DNA of 64,000 nt. Source: Spirochaetota bacterium (GTDB lineage Bacteria; Spirochaetota; Brevinematia; DTOW01). Of the stretch, positions 42,420 to 52,424 are shown one piece after another. The DNA lies in assembly GCA_025061835.1 (NCBI GenBank), contig JANXAC010000002.1, positions 37,185-101,184 on the forward strand, written 5' to 3'. Position numbers and translations under genes: made by a program. The notes under the pieces were generated by a model, which saw nothing but the letters and a program-made list of their open reading frames with translations, did not search any database and was not told where the DNA came from. Numbering within the stretch: the stretch's first letter is position 1; every line of letters begins with the position of its first letter.

Positions 42420-43562
42420 CACAACTGGTAGTCTTACAACTACTTCTGTTGTACCTTCAGAAACGCTAGAGTTTACCGTTATATCACCATAACTCTCAAG
42501 TATTATCTTCCTTGTAATTGCTAACCCTATCCCCCTTCCACCTTTCTTATATGATACTCCAAAGTCAAATATCTTATCCAAAATCTCTTTAGGAATACCC
42601 CCACCATTGTCCCAAAATCTTACAATAGCAGAATCTCCATCCCTAGATACACTAACTCTAACAATACCCTTACCATCGGTAGCCTCAAAACTATTCTTGA
42701 GTATATTAACAAAAGCGTTCATAAGCAAAACCCTATCAACCATAACGAAAACTTCACTTTCACCACTCTCAAACTCAAACTGGAAAAATAGCCTCAACTC
42801 TTCAAGAATAGAAATCAAGTTTTCTTTTCTAGGAACTGGTTTCGGAAGAGATGAAATCTCTCTTATTTTGGAAAGAAACTGGTTTATATTATCCAATATT
42901 TTGTCAATCCTTCTAATAGTTTCAACGTTTAAACCTTTACCGCTTTGAATTGAGTTTTTTACTTCCGTATATACCGGCGTAAGAAGATTACCAACCTCAT
43001 GAACCATAACTTTACTTACATCTCTCCAACCTTCAAACCTCTCAAGTTCCGCAACCCTTTTTTCATACTCAACTAACCTAGACACTAGGTTTTGAAACGA
43101 CAACGATATCTTACCTATATCCTTAAATATAGGTTTAGGAAACGCTATATTTAGACTAACTGGGAACTTGAAGTTAGTAAGAAAATCAACTAGCAACCTC
43201 AACTGCCTTGTTATCAGTAAAGAAAGTAGCACAGAGGACAGAACAAAAACTAGAAAGGTAGCACCTGATGTTCTTATCACACTGTTCATAGCATTCCTAA
43301 ATATCTCCTCTTGCGAGACTAACAAAAAACTAATCTTTCTATCCAGATACATTAGTTCCTTTTCAACCTTCTCAATCTCTCCTCTGCTAACAAGAGCCCT
43401 AATCTCTCCAATCTTATTTGAAATCTCAAACATATTGAACTTACCTACCATAGTATTCCATAGGCTAAATCCAAACCAAACGGTTAGAACAGAATAAACT
43501 GCTGACACCAAAATAACCAGAATAATTATAACCTTCCTCATAACTAAATTTTGACTAAACAT
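42414..43562 (-). CDS. sensor histidine kinase (two transmembrane segments, DHp + HATPase domains)
   Basis: H-box HEVGNLLTP; N-box NAFVNILKNSFEA; G1 FWDNGGGIP; G2 GGRGIGLAI; N-terminal and mid hydrophobic segments. Confidence 0.85.
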   Translation of the reverse strand: MFSQNLVMRKVIIILVILVSAVYSVLTVWFGFSLWNTMVGKFNMFEISNKIGEIRALVSRGEIEKVEKELMYLDRKISFLLVSQEEIFRNAMNSVIRTSGATFLVFVLSSVLLSLLITRQLRLLVDFLTNFKFPVSLNIAFPKPIFKDIGKISLSFQNLVSRLVEYEKRVAELERFEGWRDVSKVMVHEVGNLLTPVYTEVKNSIQSGKGLNVETIRRIDKILDNINQFLSKIREISSLPKPVPRKENLISILEELRLFFQFEFESGESEVFVMVDRVLLMNAFVNILKNSFEATDGKGIVRVSVSRDGDSAIVRFWDNGGGIPKEILDKIFDFGVSYKKGGRGIGLAITRKIILESYGDITVNSSVSEGTTEVVVRLPVVS

Positions 43563-43642
43563 CCGTAAGTTTTAAAAACTTACATTCAAAACCCCTTGAG
43601 TCTAAATTTTATTAAACGATAGTTCAGAAGTATTATTGGATA

Positions 43643-44536
43643 CTAGTATGACTCATCAAATACAGAAACTTCTTCGTCTTCCTGTGTGTTGTAAGTTAGG
43701 TAATCCTCACAGTTCTCGGCATCATAAACTATTACGGTTTGATCTCTAACCTCAATCATCCTATAATAACCATCTTTACCTATTGAACCCGTTTGAACAT
43801 GGTAAGGACCTACTCCTTTTGCAACCAATGGGAAGGATGTTATAAGGTTTGATCCATTATCAAAAACTCTGTTTTTGTGAGTATGACCTGACAATATCAA
43901 AGATACATCGTAACTTGTTATTATCCTCTGAAACTCTTCTCTACCTAGTATGAATACATCCTCTTGTATTCCATTTTTCGGGCTTAAAAAAGGATGGTGG
44001 GTAATGATGATGTTTGTATTGCTAGAGTTTTTCAGCGCATCTTCAAGAAATTCTAGTTGATGCTTAAATAGACCAACACCTTCGGAACTAGGTATCATCA
44101 AGTTGTGTAGATGGAAGGAATAACTATAGTCATACCCCGTGTCAAGGAATATGAGCCTTACATTCTTAATATCAACATAGTAATTCAAAAATTCACTTCC
44201 AATGAAACTTCTGTAATTTGGGATATCCTTAAGAGAGAATTTAAAAAGTGTTCCGTATTCGTGATTACCCGGGACAAAATACAGCGGTATCTTCATCTCT
44301 CTGTCAAAGTAGAAAATACCATCGGAGTAGTAGAATAGATCATTTAATATCTCATAGTTTGACTTTGCTAAAATTCCCTCGCCAAACTCAACTATGTCAC
44401 CAGAAATTATAACTACATCAGGAGACAGCAGATTAAGGTTCATCCTCAAAATTTCTATATTTCTAACATAATTCCTAGAGAACAAGTTGATGCTATCTAT
44501 ATGCAAATCAGTAAGATGTAGTATTCTCAAACTCAT
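43643..44536 (-). CDS. metallophosphoesterase (calcineurin-like)
   Basis: LHLTDLHI, GDIVEFG, GNHEYG, ITHHP, GHTHKN motifs in canonical order; 297 aa. Confidence 0.8.
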   Translation of the reverse strand: MSLRILHLTDLHIDSINLFSRNYVRNIEILRMNLNLLSPDVVIISGDIVEFGEGILAKSNYEILNDLFYYSDGIFYFDREMKIPLYFVPGNHEYGTLFKFSLKDIPNYRSFIGSEFLNYYVDIKNVRLIFLDTGYDYSYSFHLHNLMIPSSEGVGLFKHQLEFLEDALKNSSNTNIIITHHPFLSPKNGIQEDVFILGREEFQRIITSYDVSLILSGHTHKNRVFDNGSNLITSFPLVAKGVGPYHVQTGSIGKDGYYRMIEVRDQTVIVYDAENCEDYLTYNTQEDEEVSVFDESY

Positions 44537-44948
44537 CTAAAGTTTCCTCAAAAATATTATAAATGATAAAGTTTCAAAAGTGTAACTTAGACAAACTTAA
44601 ATTTGTTTAAGAGTAATGTTGAGAATTTCAGAGAGTGTAGAACTAGGAATGTCTTTGATTGTTCCTAGTCTGCCATCCTTTAATAGCACCTATGATATTC
44701 ATTAGGTAAAACTTTTCGTTTTTCATAATACTCTCTATCCTCACTTCAAACACCTATACTTCGCCCAGAATAAAATCTGCTAAATTCCTAAAGAATTCAC
44801 CTTTGAAAAGTTCACTTTTTCACTCCTCTTGCCTTTATCTTACAAAAGTAAAAGGAAGTTTTCTAACATCAATTTTTACAAAACCCTACTCCAAACTTCA
44901 GGTAGTAAATACTTGAATAGAAAAGATTCTTATCTAAATAATTTCACT

Positions 44949-45734
44949 ATGGATCTAGGCATAAGAGGAAAGACTGCTTTGGTAACTGCTAGTAGTAAAG
45001 GTATAGGTAAGGCAGTAGCTACCGCTTTGGCTAGCGAAGGTGCTAGAGTAATAGTATCTTCAAGCAATCTAGACAACATAAAATCAACCGAAATGGAGCT
45101 AAAACAAAAAGGTTTTGATGTCTATTCTTATGTTTGTGATCTATCCAAGGCTAGTGATGTTGTGAAGCTTGCGGATGAGGTTTTGAGAGATTTTGGAAAG
45201 ATTGATATTCTCGTTTTCAACACAGGAGGACCTAAACCTGGATACTTCTTTGAACTTGAAGAAGAAGATTGGTATAGGGCGTTTGAACTTGTATTAATGT
45301 CAGCAGTGAGACTTACAAAGAAACTACTACCGAAAATGATAGACAACGGCTGGGGAAGGATTATCTACTTAACATCAGTAGCAGTAAAAGAGCCAATAGA
45401 CGAACTACTGCTTTCAAATGTCTTTCGTTCAGGAGTAAATGCTCTCTCAAAATCACTTTCAAGAACGATAAGAAAGGATAATGTAACGTTCAATGTAATC
45501 TATACGGGCAACATCCAGACAGAAAGGGCTAAAGGCCTCCTTGAATACATAAGCAAAAAAACAGAAAAACCGTTTGAAGAAGTAAAGAAAAGTATGGAAT
45601 CATCCATACCTCTCGGAAGATATGGAAGTGTAGAAGAGATAGCAAACTTTGTTACATTCCTCTGCTCTGAAAAAGCAAGTTATGTAAACGGTACTAGTAT
45701 CCAAGTTGATGGTGGTTTCTTAAGAAGTATCTAA
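44949..45734 (+). CDS. short-chain dehydrogenase/reductase (SDR) family oxidoreductase
   Basis: Rossmann TASSKGIGKAVA at N-terminus from ATG 44949 (MDLGIRGKTALVTASSKGIG); the ORF-track start 44829 is a TTG adding 40 atypical residues. Confidence 0.82.
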   Translation: MDLGIRGKTALVTASSKGIGKAVATALASEGARVIVSSSNLDNIKSTEMELKQKGFDVYSYVCDLSKASDVVKLADEVLRDFGKIDILVFNTGGPKPGYFFELEEEDWYRAFELVLMSAVRLTKKLLPKMIDNGWGRIIYLTSVAVKEPIDELLLSNVFRSGVNALSKSLSRTIRKDNVTFNVIYTGNIQTERAKGLLEYISKKTEKPFEEVKKSMESSIPLGRYGSVEEIANFVTFLCSEKASYVNGTSIQVDGGFLRSI

Positions 45735-45738
45735 AACT

Positions 45739-46431
45739 ATGTATTGCTTTCTTATTAAACTCAAAAGATTCTTTCTGTCAATTCTAGGCAAAAAAGACAA
45801 GATTAGGATAGGTATTCTTATTTCTGGGCGCGGTTCAAACATGGAAGCAGTTATAAAGGGCTGCAAAGAAGGCAAGATTAGAGGGAAAGTAGTAATTGTA
45901 ATAAGCGACAAACCAGATGCAAAAGGTATTGAAGTTGCTAGAAGTTATGGTGTCAAGGCTATATACGTTTATCCGGGCAAGTATAAAACTAAATTTGAGG
46001 AAGAAAGAGAGTGGGAATATGTTAGGATACTCAAAAGACACTGTGTTGACATAGTAGTTATGGCGGGATTTATCAGAATAATAAAAACCCCCCTACTCTC
46101 TTCATTCAAAAACAGGATAATAAACATCCATCCATCGCTTTTACCTAAGTATCCCGGACTTGAAACACACGCTAGAGTTCTAGAAGCCGGTGAGAAAATT
46201 CACGGCTGCACGGTCCATTTCGCTAATGAGATTGTTGATGGCGGCAAGATAATTATGCAAGCAAAGGTAAAGGTTCTTCCAAACGATACTCCTGACACAC
46301 TATCAAGGCGAGTCCTTGAGAAAGAACATAAGATACTAGTTAAAACACTATCACTTATTGCAGACGGCAAAATATCCTACGAAACCCTCAAAAAACCAAT
46401 TGTCTATGAAATAAACGACAAGATTGAGTAA
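45739..46431 (+). CDS. purN: phosphoribosylglycinamide formyltransferase
   Basis: IGILISGRGSNMEAV and NIHPSLLPKYPGLETH motifs; about 25-residue N-terminal extension relative to typical PurN, so the true start may be internal/non-ATG. Confidence 0.82.
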   Translation: MYCFLIKLKRFFLSILGKKDKIRIGILISGRGSNMEAVIKGCKEGKIRGKVVIVISDKPDAKGIEVARSYGVKAIYVYPGKYKTKFEEEREWEYVRILKRHCVDIVVMAGFIRIIKTPLLSSFKNRIINIHPSLLPKYPGLETHARVLEAGEKIHGCTVHFANEIVDGGKIIMQAKVKVLPNDTPDTLSRRVLEKEHKILVKTLSLIADGKISYETLKKPIVYEINDKIE

Positions 46432-46511
46432 AAATTTCCAAAACTAACATTTGACTTTATCTTTACGAAACATTTACAAATTGTTTAAGTTTCTCATAAA
46501 GAATAAGATTT

Positions 46512-46919
46512 ATGAAATACAATGTGTTGTTCCTTTGCGTTCAGAATGCTGGTAGAAGTCAGATGGCAGAAGCCTTCGCTCGGGAGTTAGGAAGTCATAT
46601 AATCAATCCATACAGTGCTGGCTCAAATCCTGCTAGAGAAATTAACCCAGTTGTAAAACAATGTATGGAAGAGATCGGAGTCAAAATACTCAACGAAAGA
46701 CCAAAAGGATTTTCAGACTTACCAATTGATAAGTTTGATTTCGTCGTGAATATGGGATGTGGAGATACCTGCCCCTACTACCCATCAAAAGAATACATAG
46801 ACTGGAACATCCCAGACCCCAAAGACAAACCAATAGAAGAAGTAAGACCTATCAGAGATTTGATAAAATCAAAAATCCTAGAGCTCGTGAAATACCTTGA
46901 GAGTTACGATAACAAATAA
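46512..46919 (+). CDS. arsC: arsenate reductase / low-molecular-weight phosphotyrosine phosphatase family
   Basis: P-loop CVQNAGRSQMAEAF (CX5R) at N-terminus plus downstream Cys pair (CGDTCPYY) as in thioredoxin-coupled ArsC; 135 aa. Confidence 0.65.
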   Translation: MKYNVLFLCVQNAGRSQMAEAFARELGSHIINPYSAGSNPAREINPVVKQCMEEIGVKILNERPKGFSDLPIDKFDFVVNMGCGDTCPYYPSKEYIDWNIPDPKDKPIEEVRPIRDLIKSKILELVKYLESYDNK

Positions 46920-47139
46920 TTCCTACTAACCCTACTCTGAAAGCACACTTCCTTCAGGTTCTACAATTATCAAAGTTTGAAAAAATGATAACAAAGCAAC
47001 AGATGTACAGATCTAAAAAATCCACCTCTTCCAAACACCGAAAACCAAGATACATAGAACCCTGATAGTTCTATTACTAACCCTAAACCAAAACTACGTA
47101 AGGATTGAAAACACAATTTGACAAATCTACTATAAGGTT

Positions 47140-49185
47140 CTACCTGTTATTCTCACCGCTTAATACCTTTACCTGACTATTGAACCAGTCTTGTTTAGAT
47201 TTGCTTTCTCTCAACACTTGCTGTAGTTTTCCAAACTTCCTCTCAAGTGAAACTCTGTAGTCTTCAAGTCTGTCCTGAAACTTTGTATAAAGGTCCTTGT
47301 TTGACTTTATAATGTTATCAATCTGTTTTTTCTTGTTTGCTATGACACCACCTGCTCTAGTGTATTCATCACAAACCACAGTTATATTGTAAGCAAATCC
47401 TGTGTCAACAACCTTGTCTCCGTTGGTATCATAACTAAACACATCACTTACAGCCATTATGTTTTCAATAACGACACTAACAAGCTTGTCATTATCAATC
47501 GTTAAAATACCTCTCCTAACATACTCCCATAAATCAGACTCAAAATCCAGTTTGGTTGATATGTTCTTTGTATATATTCCTATGTGGTAAAGTAGTCTAA
47601 TATTAGTTTGTCTGGTCTGGTAAGGTTGCATCGCAAACATTCTTAACTTATCCTTCAACCTTATAAATTCCATATCTGTAGCAAATGATCCTTCCTCTTT
47701 CTCCTCATCTGGCTTTTCATAGAGTTGTCTCCTATCTACCATCGGCTTGGTTATCTTGGAAAGGTAAATCATAACATCGTTGTATTTTTCAATCAGATTT
47801 GATATACTGTTGGTTATTGACTTGTAATCGTAATCTACTTTAGTAGTAACCTCCTTACTAGGGTTCTCTCCAACTACTTTCAAAGTTCCATTAATTATAT
47901 CCTTCAAATCATTCTCCTCCCTCTCAATCTTAACACCATTTACATAGACAACTGCATTCTCTGCTCTGGATATGTAGTTTTTAGGTTCGTATTCCGAAAG
48001 TCTTCTAACCTCTTCAACTTTGTCCTTGATTACTATTCTATAGAAAGTCATTCTTGATAGGTCGTTGTTATTTCTCAAAACAAACTTCTCAACTTCTTTC
48101 CCTTCAAACATTGAAAGAGTGGTGATTTTGGAAGTTTCTGAAGGAAGTATTCTTAATTCATACTTCGTTCCATCTACTAAATGTATGACTATAAATACGA
48201 AATCATTGGTCGTGTATTCCTTGAGTATGTCAAAGGTTGTTATAGGTGTTCCACCTTTTACTTCAACGTTGCTAACTTTAACACTTTCCATAACTCTAAT
48301 CTCAAGTTCTTTTGGTTTAGGAATAGGTTGTTGAGTGAATAGGTTTGATACTTCTAAAATAGTATTTTTGGATACCACATACCTAATATCTCTGGTTATT
48401 TCTTCCTTATCTTTGAGTGTTAGTGAAGGTAGCGAGGTAAATTGTGATAGTATGTTCAACTCGTTTGGTGGAGATGTTATAACCTTATCCCTTGTAAGTA
48501 ATCCAATTCTCACAAGTTCAGACAAGTCTCCATTTATAATAACCTTAGCACTTTTGCCTGTCTTCTTACCTTCTATTCTTAAAACTTCGTTGTTAGCATC
48601 AATCTTAATAACAGAAGCAGAAACTATTTGAGATGCTTTTTCGTTAATAAGTTTGGCAAGGTCTCTCAATTTACCGCCACCAAAGTCAATCTCTACTTCC
48701 TTATCAAGTAGTGATATTTTTATTTTGAAAGGCTTAAGTTCGGTATCCAAAGGCAGAGGGTCTGATACGAATACATCTGGTTTTGCCATCCTTTCAACTC
48801 TTACTCTCATATCCCCAACTTCAGCTCCTCTATTCGGTAAAACTTGAACTATACTATCATCACTTGAATATCCAACCCTGTTCTGAAACGGAGACCTGTA
48901 GTCGTAAAGAGACTTTGCTATGTCCCTCAACTCCCTAAGGTTAAGCTCTACGAAATTTATAATTGCTTTTCTTATAGTCTGGTTACTTATCTCTTGCTGA
49001 TACTTTTCTCCCTTGCTACTCTCTGCTTCAACGAGCTTTTCAACAATTTCCTCCGTATTTATACCACTTCCAGTCAATTTATCTATTCCAAACTTCTTCT
49101 TGCTACTCTGCGAGTATCCGTTGTAAACAAAGAACAAGAATACAGTTCCTATTATGAATAACAATAACTTCTTATCCACACTCAT
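47140..49185 (-). CDS. FliD-like (flagellar filament cap, hook-associated protein 2 family) protein with signal-peptide-like N-terminus (tentative)
   Basis: KLTGSGINTEEIVEKLVEAE resembles the FliD N-terminal motif (ITGLASGMDIDDIVSKLMQAE type); C-terminal coiled-coil region FGKLQQVL...FNSQVKVL resembles FliD_C. The 25-residue hydrophobic N-terminus is atypical. Confidence 0.4.
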   Translation of the reverse strand: MSVDKKLLLFIIGTVFLFFVYNGYSQSSKKKFGIDKLTGSGINTEEIVEKLVEAESSKGEKYQQEISNQTIRKAIINFVELNLRELRDIAKSLYDYRSPFQNRVGYSSDDSIVQVLPNRGAEVGDMRVRVERMAKPDVFVSDPLPLDTELKPFKIKISLLDKEVEIDFGGGKLRDLAKLINEKASQIVSASVIKIDANNEVLRIEGKKTGKSAKVIINGDLSELVRIGLLTRDKVITSPPNELNILSQFTSLPSLTLKDKEEITRDIRYVVSKNTILEVSNLFTQQPIPKPKELEIRVMESVKVSNVEVKGGTPITTFDILKEYTTNDFVFIVIHLVDGTKYELRILPSETSKITTLSMFEGKEVEKFVLRNNNDLSRMTFYRIVIKDKVEEVRRLSEYEPKNYISRAENAVVYVNGVKIEREENDLKDIINGTLKVVGENPSKEVTTKVDYDYKSITNSISNLIEKYNDVMIYLSKITKPMVDRRQLYEKPDEEKEEGSFATDMEFIRLKDKLRMFAMQPYQTRQTNIRLLYHIGIYTKNISTKLDFESDLWEYVRRGILTIDNDKLVSVVIENIMAVSDVFSYDTNGDKVVDTGFAYNITVVCDEYTRAGGVIANKKKQIDNIIKSNKDLYTKFQDRLEDYRVSLERKFGKLQQVLRESKSKQDWFNSQVKVLSGENNR

Positions 49186-49286
49186 ATAATTAAAATACTA
49201 CAACCTCGTAGGATAGCAAATCCTACTACTAGGTTCGGTAAAAATTCAAAAATGATAACCAATCAGAAATAATTGACTTCTACATT

Positions 49287-50579
49287 CTATGCCTTTATTG
49301 CTTCAGCAGGGTTCATACTTGCCGCATGCCTAGAAGGTATTAGCGACACAACCGAAGACACTAAGACTCCAACAACGATAGCGTTGAATATTCCTCCTAT
49401 GGTTATCAACCACTTTATCACATTGTCCATTGGAATATTCATATTCCCCATCGAAGAAGAAAAATCTATACCATATATTGAAAGAGGTATGCTTATTAGT
49501 ATGCCCAACACGACTCCTAGTATTGTTCCAAATGCTCCTAGTATCGTTCCTTCAAGTGTGAATAATGCCAGAATTCTTGGCTTACTGAAACCCATGGCCT
49601 TGAGGATACCTATTTCTCTTCTTCTCTCAAGTATTACCATCGTCATTATACTTATTATTACCAGAGTTCCAAGAGCTACTATTATAAGGTAGATTAATAT
49701 GTAGATACTCAGAACCTGGTCAAATATACCCGCTATTCCACCAGCCTTCCTCCAGTCAAGTGCCATCACATTGTTGTATTCTACATAAGAAGATAGTTTT
49801 TGGTTTATCTTCTCTGCTATCCATCCTGCGGAATCGTAGTCTTTGAGCATAATTATGATCTCTTGCACACCTCCTCCAGTTCCTAAGACTTCTTTTGCAT
49901 CCTCAATGGACAACATAAACACATTATCATCAAGCAAGTTAATACCCGTGCTGAATATCCCAACAACCTTAAATCTAGGTATTCTTATACCTAGATCACT
50001 GCCTTGTAGCATAAGCGGAAACGTATCTCCTACCTTTATCCCAAGCACATCCGCCATCTTCTTACCTATTATAATCTCTCTGTATTTTAATCCGTCTTCT
50101 TCAATCACAGAACCACTCAAATATCTACCCTCTATGATACTTTTGTGTAGCATCAGTAATTCCTTCTCCTTCTCAATATCTCCACTGATACATATTCCTA
50201 CTTTATTTCTACCACCAAACTCTATAAGCGCTGGAAACTTAATCCTCTCAGTAGATAAAACAATATTACGCTTTGCTTCTGGAATTTCGCTGACTATCTT
50301 CAAAACCTCTTCAGGATTTCTAACAAGGTAATAGACAGGCATTTGTTCTATCCTTTCCATATATTCTCTTGTAGATATCCTAATGTGTCCTGTATCACTC
50401 TTTGTTGAATTTCTAACAATATTGTCCATAATCCCACTAACAAGCCCCTGTAATATAACAACTGCCATGATTGCAATAGCAACGGAAGTTATAGCAAGAA
50501 TGGACCTTCTACTATTTCTCCATATATTTCTAAAAGCCATTTTAACCAACATTATCATAAGCAATACCTCCAAAATCAA
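49287..50579 (-). CDS. ABC transporter permease, FtsX/LolE/MacB-like
   Basis: N-terminal TM, large periplasmic domain, C-terminal FtsX-type 3-TM bundle (ILKAMGFSKPRILALFTLEGTILGAFG); no ATPase gene adjacent. Confidence 0.78.
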   Translation of the reverse strand: MILEVLLMIMLVKMAFRNIWRNSRRSILAITSVAIAIMAVVILQGLVSGIMDNIVRNSTKSDTGHIRISTREYMERIEQMPVYYLVRNPEEVLKIVSEIPEAKRNIVLSTERIKFPALIEFGGRNKVGICISGDIEKEKELLMLHKSIIEGRYLSGSVIEEDGLKYREIIIGKKMADVLGIKVGDTFPLMLQGSDLGIRIPRFKVVGIFSTGINLLDDNVFMLSIEDAKEVLGTGGGVQEIIIMLKDYDSAGWIAEKINQKLSSYVEYNNVMALDWRKAGGIAGIFDQVLSIYILIYLIIVALGTLVIISIMTMVILERRREIGILKAMGFSKPRILALFTLEGTILGAFGTILGVVLGILISIPLSIYGIDFSSSMGNMNIPMDNVIKWLITIGGIFNAIVVGVLVSSVVSLIPSRHAASMNPAEAIKA

Positions 50580-50585
50580 TCCACA

Positions 50586-52175
50586 TTACATCCTCTCAGG
50601 AGCAGATACTCCAATTATCCAAAGTCCTCTTTTCAAAACATTCTTAACAGCCCTAACAAGTATCTCCCTTCCTTCAAGAACCTTTCCGTAGTCAATTACT
50701 CTACACTCAGAGTAGAACTTGTGAAACATCGTAGCAAGTTCATTTAGATAATTCGTCATCCTTTGAGGTTCCAAGGATATTGTTATGTCTATTATTTCTT
50801 CAGGAAACCTTAGTATCATAACTGCTATTTCTCTCGTAATTGATGAACTTTGATCAATAATAGGAGATGGTACTCTCTCAAGACCTTCGGTATTTCTCAA
50901 TATACCTGAAATTCTTGCGTGCGCATACTGTAAGTAATACACAGGGTTTTCTTCATTCTGCTTCTTTGCTTCCTCTAGATCAAAATTGATATGAGTATCA
51001 ACTTTTTTTGAAACCATAAAGTATCTTACAGCATCAACCCCAACTTCATCAATCACCTCTCTCAAGGTTATAATGTCTCCTGTCCTTTTTGACATTCTCA
51101 CAGGTTCTCCGCCTCTGAAAAGAGAGACAAGTTGCCCAAGTATAACATCAATCTTGACATCACTGTATATGGAATTTACAGCAGATACGAGTCTCTTTAC
51201 ATAGCCGTGATGGTCTGCTCCCCAAATGTTTATAAGTCTATTGAAACCTCTCCTTATTTTATTGACATGATAGGCAATATCCACACCAAAGTAAGTGTAT
51301 TCTCCATCCGATTTCTTTACAACTCTGTCTTTATCGTCATCAAAAGCAGTGCTTCTGAACCATAATGCTCCATCCTTCTCATACACAAACCCCTTTTCAG
51401 CAAGGAAGTTTATAGTTTCTTCAACCTCACCGCTTGCGTGTAACGTTTTTTCAGAAAACCAATTGTCAAAATGAACTCTGAAATCATCAAGATCCTTCCT
51501 ATGCCACTTTAGTATAACTTCAACAGGGTCCTCATCTGTTTGTGCTACCTCCTCAATATAGCTTCCAGAGTATCCATTCTCAGGTATCTCTCTACCTTGC
51601 CTTCTTGCTTCCACAGACTCATAGAGTAGTCTAATCTGATTTCCAGCATCGTTTATATAGAACTCTGTTTGTATATCATATCCTGATGTTTTAAACGCTC
51701 TGTAAAGAGAGTCTCCGATTGCTCCCCACCTTGCGTGACCTATATGAAGAGGCCCTGTTGGATTAGCACTTACATACTCAAGAAGTATTCTTCCTTTACC
51801 TTTACCATACTCTGACTTACCATACTCCTCATCCTCTGCTACCCTTCTTACTAACTCCTCTAGAAACTCCGATGAAACCCTAAAGTTTATAAAACCACCA
51901 TTAGCAACAGATACTTCTGAAAATAAAGGTGGAGAAGAACTAGAAAAAAGATAAACAAGACTATCCCTCAACTTACCCGAGACTTCATTAAGAGACATTT
52001 GAACACCTTTTGATCTAAGTTCTCTGAATACCTTAAAAGGTATAGTAGTTGAGTAATCTCCAAACTGTCTATTTTGGGGATAGTCAATGCTTGTTTCTTC
52101 TTGTGAATAATGTATTTCAAAATCTTTCCTTATTGCCTCTCTCAATCTATCTCTCACAACTTCCCTAACAGTCAT
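50586..52175 (-). CDS. argS: arginyl-tRNA synthetase
   Basis: Class I HIGH-type motif (ANPTGPLHIGHAR), DALR anticodon-binding C-terminus; 529 aa. Confidence 0.95.
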   Translation of the reverse strand: MTVREVVRDRLREAIRKDFEIHYSQEETSIDYPQNRQFGDYSTTIPFKVFRELRSKGVQMSLNEVSGKLRDSLVYLFSSSSPPLFSEVSVANGGFINFRVSSEFLEELVRRVAEDEEYGKSEYGKGKGRILLEYVSANPTGPLHIGHARWGAIGDSLYRAFKTSGYDIQTEFYINDAGNQIRLLYESVEARRQGREIPENGYSGSYIEEVAQTDEDPVEVILKWHRKDLDDFRVHFDNWFSEKTLHASGEVEETINFLAEKGFVYEKDGALWFRSTAFDDDKDRVVKKSDGEYTYFGVDIAYHVNKIRRGFNRLINIWGADHHGYVKRLVSAVNSIYSDVKIDVILGQLVSLFRGGEPVRMSKRTGDIITLREVIDEVGVDAVRYFMVSKKVDTHINFDLEEAKKQNEENPVYYLQYAHARISGILRNTEGLERVPSPIIDQSSSITREIAVMILRFPEEIIDITISLEPQRMTNYLNELATMFHKFYSECRVIDYGKVLEGREILVRAVKNVLKRGLWIIGVSAPERM

Positions 52176-52424
52176 ACATTAAGATTATAATTAAACACAG
52201 ATATAAATCTGAATTTGCTCAAATGTGGCTCAATAAAGTCCGAGATCTTATTAGGAATTTTACAACTACTGGGAAAGTAAATAACAGCAAAATTAGAGAA
52301 AACATAAATCTAAAATATTTAAGGATTAAGTGAAGGTCATCTTTTGTGAGTTTTTAAACTTCACTGAATGCAAATGTGGAAAATAAATCTCACTTTGATT
52401 AAAATATCATCGTAAGAAAATAAT

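Noticed and set aside
44642-44669. 8-bp inverted repeat ACTAGGAA-N12-TTCCTAGT between the divergent metallophosphoesterase and SDR genes
   Set aside because: Plausible operator, but a single short palindrome in AT-rich DNA is within chance expectation.
44829-44948. 40-codon N-terminal extension of the SDR gene from a TTG start
   Set aside because: The canonical SDR N-terminus begins at ATG 44949; the extension has no family resemblance.
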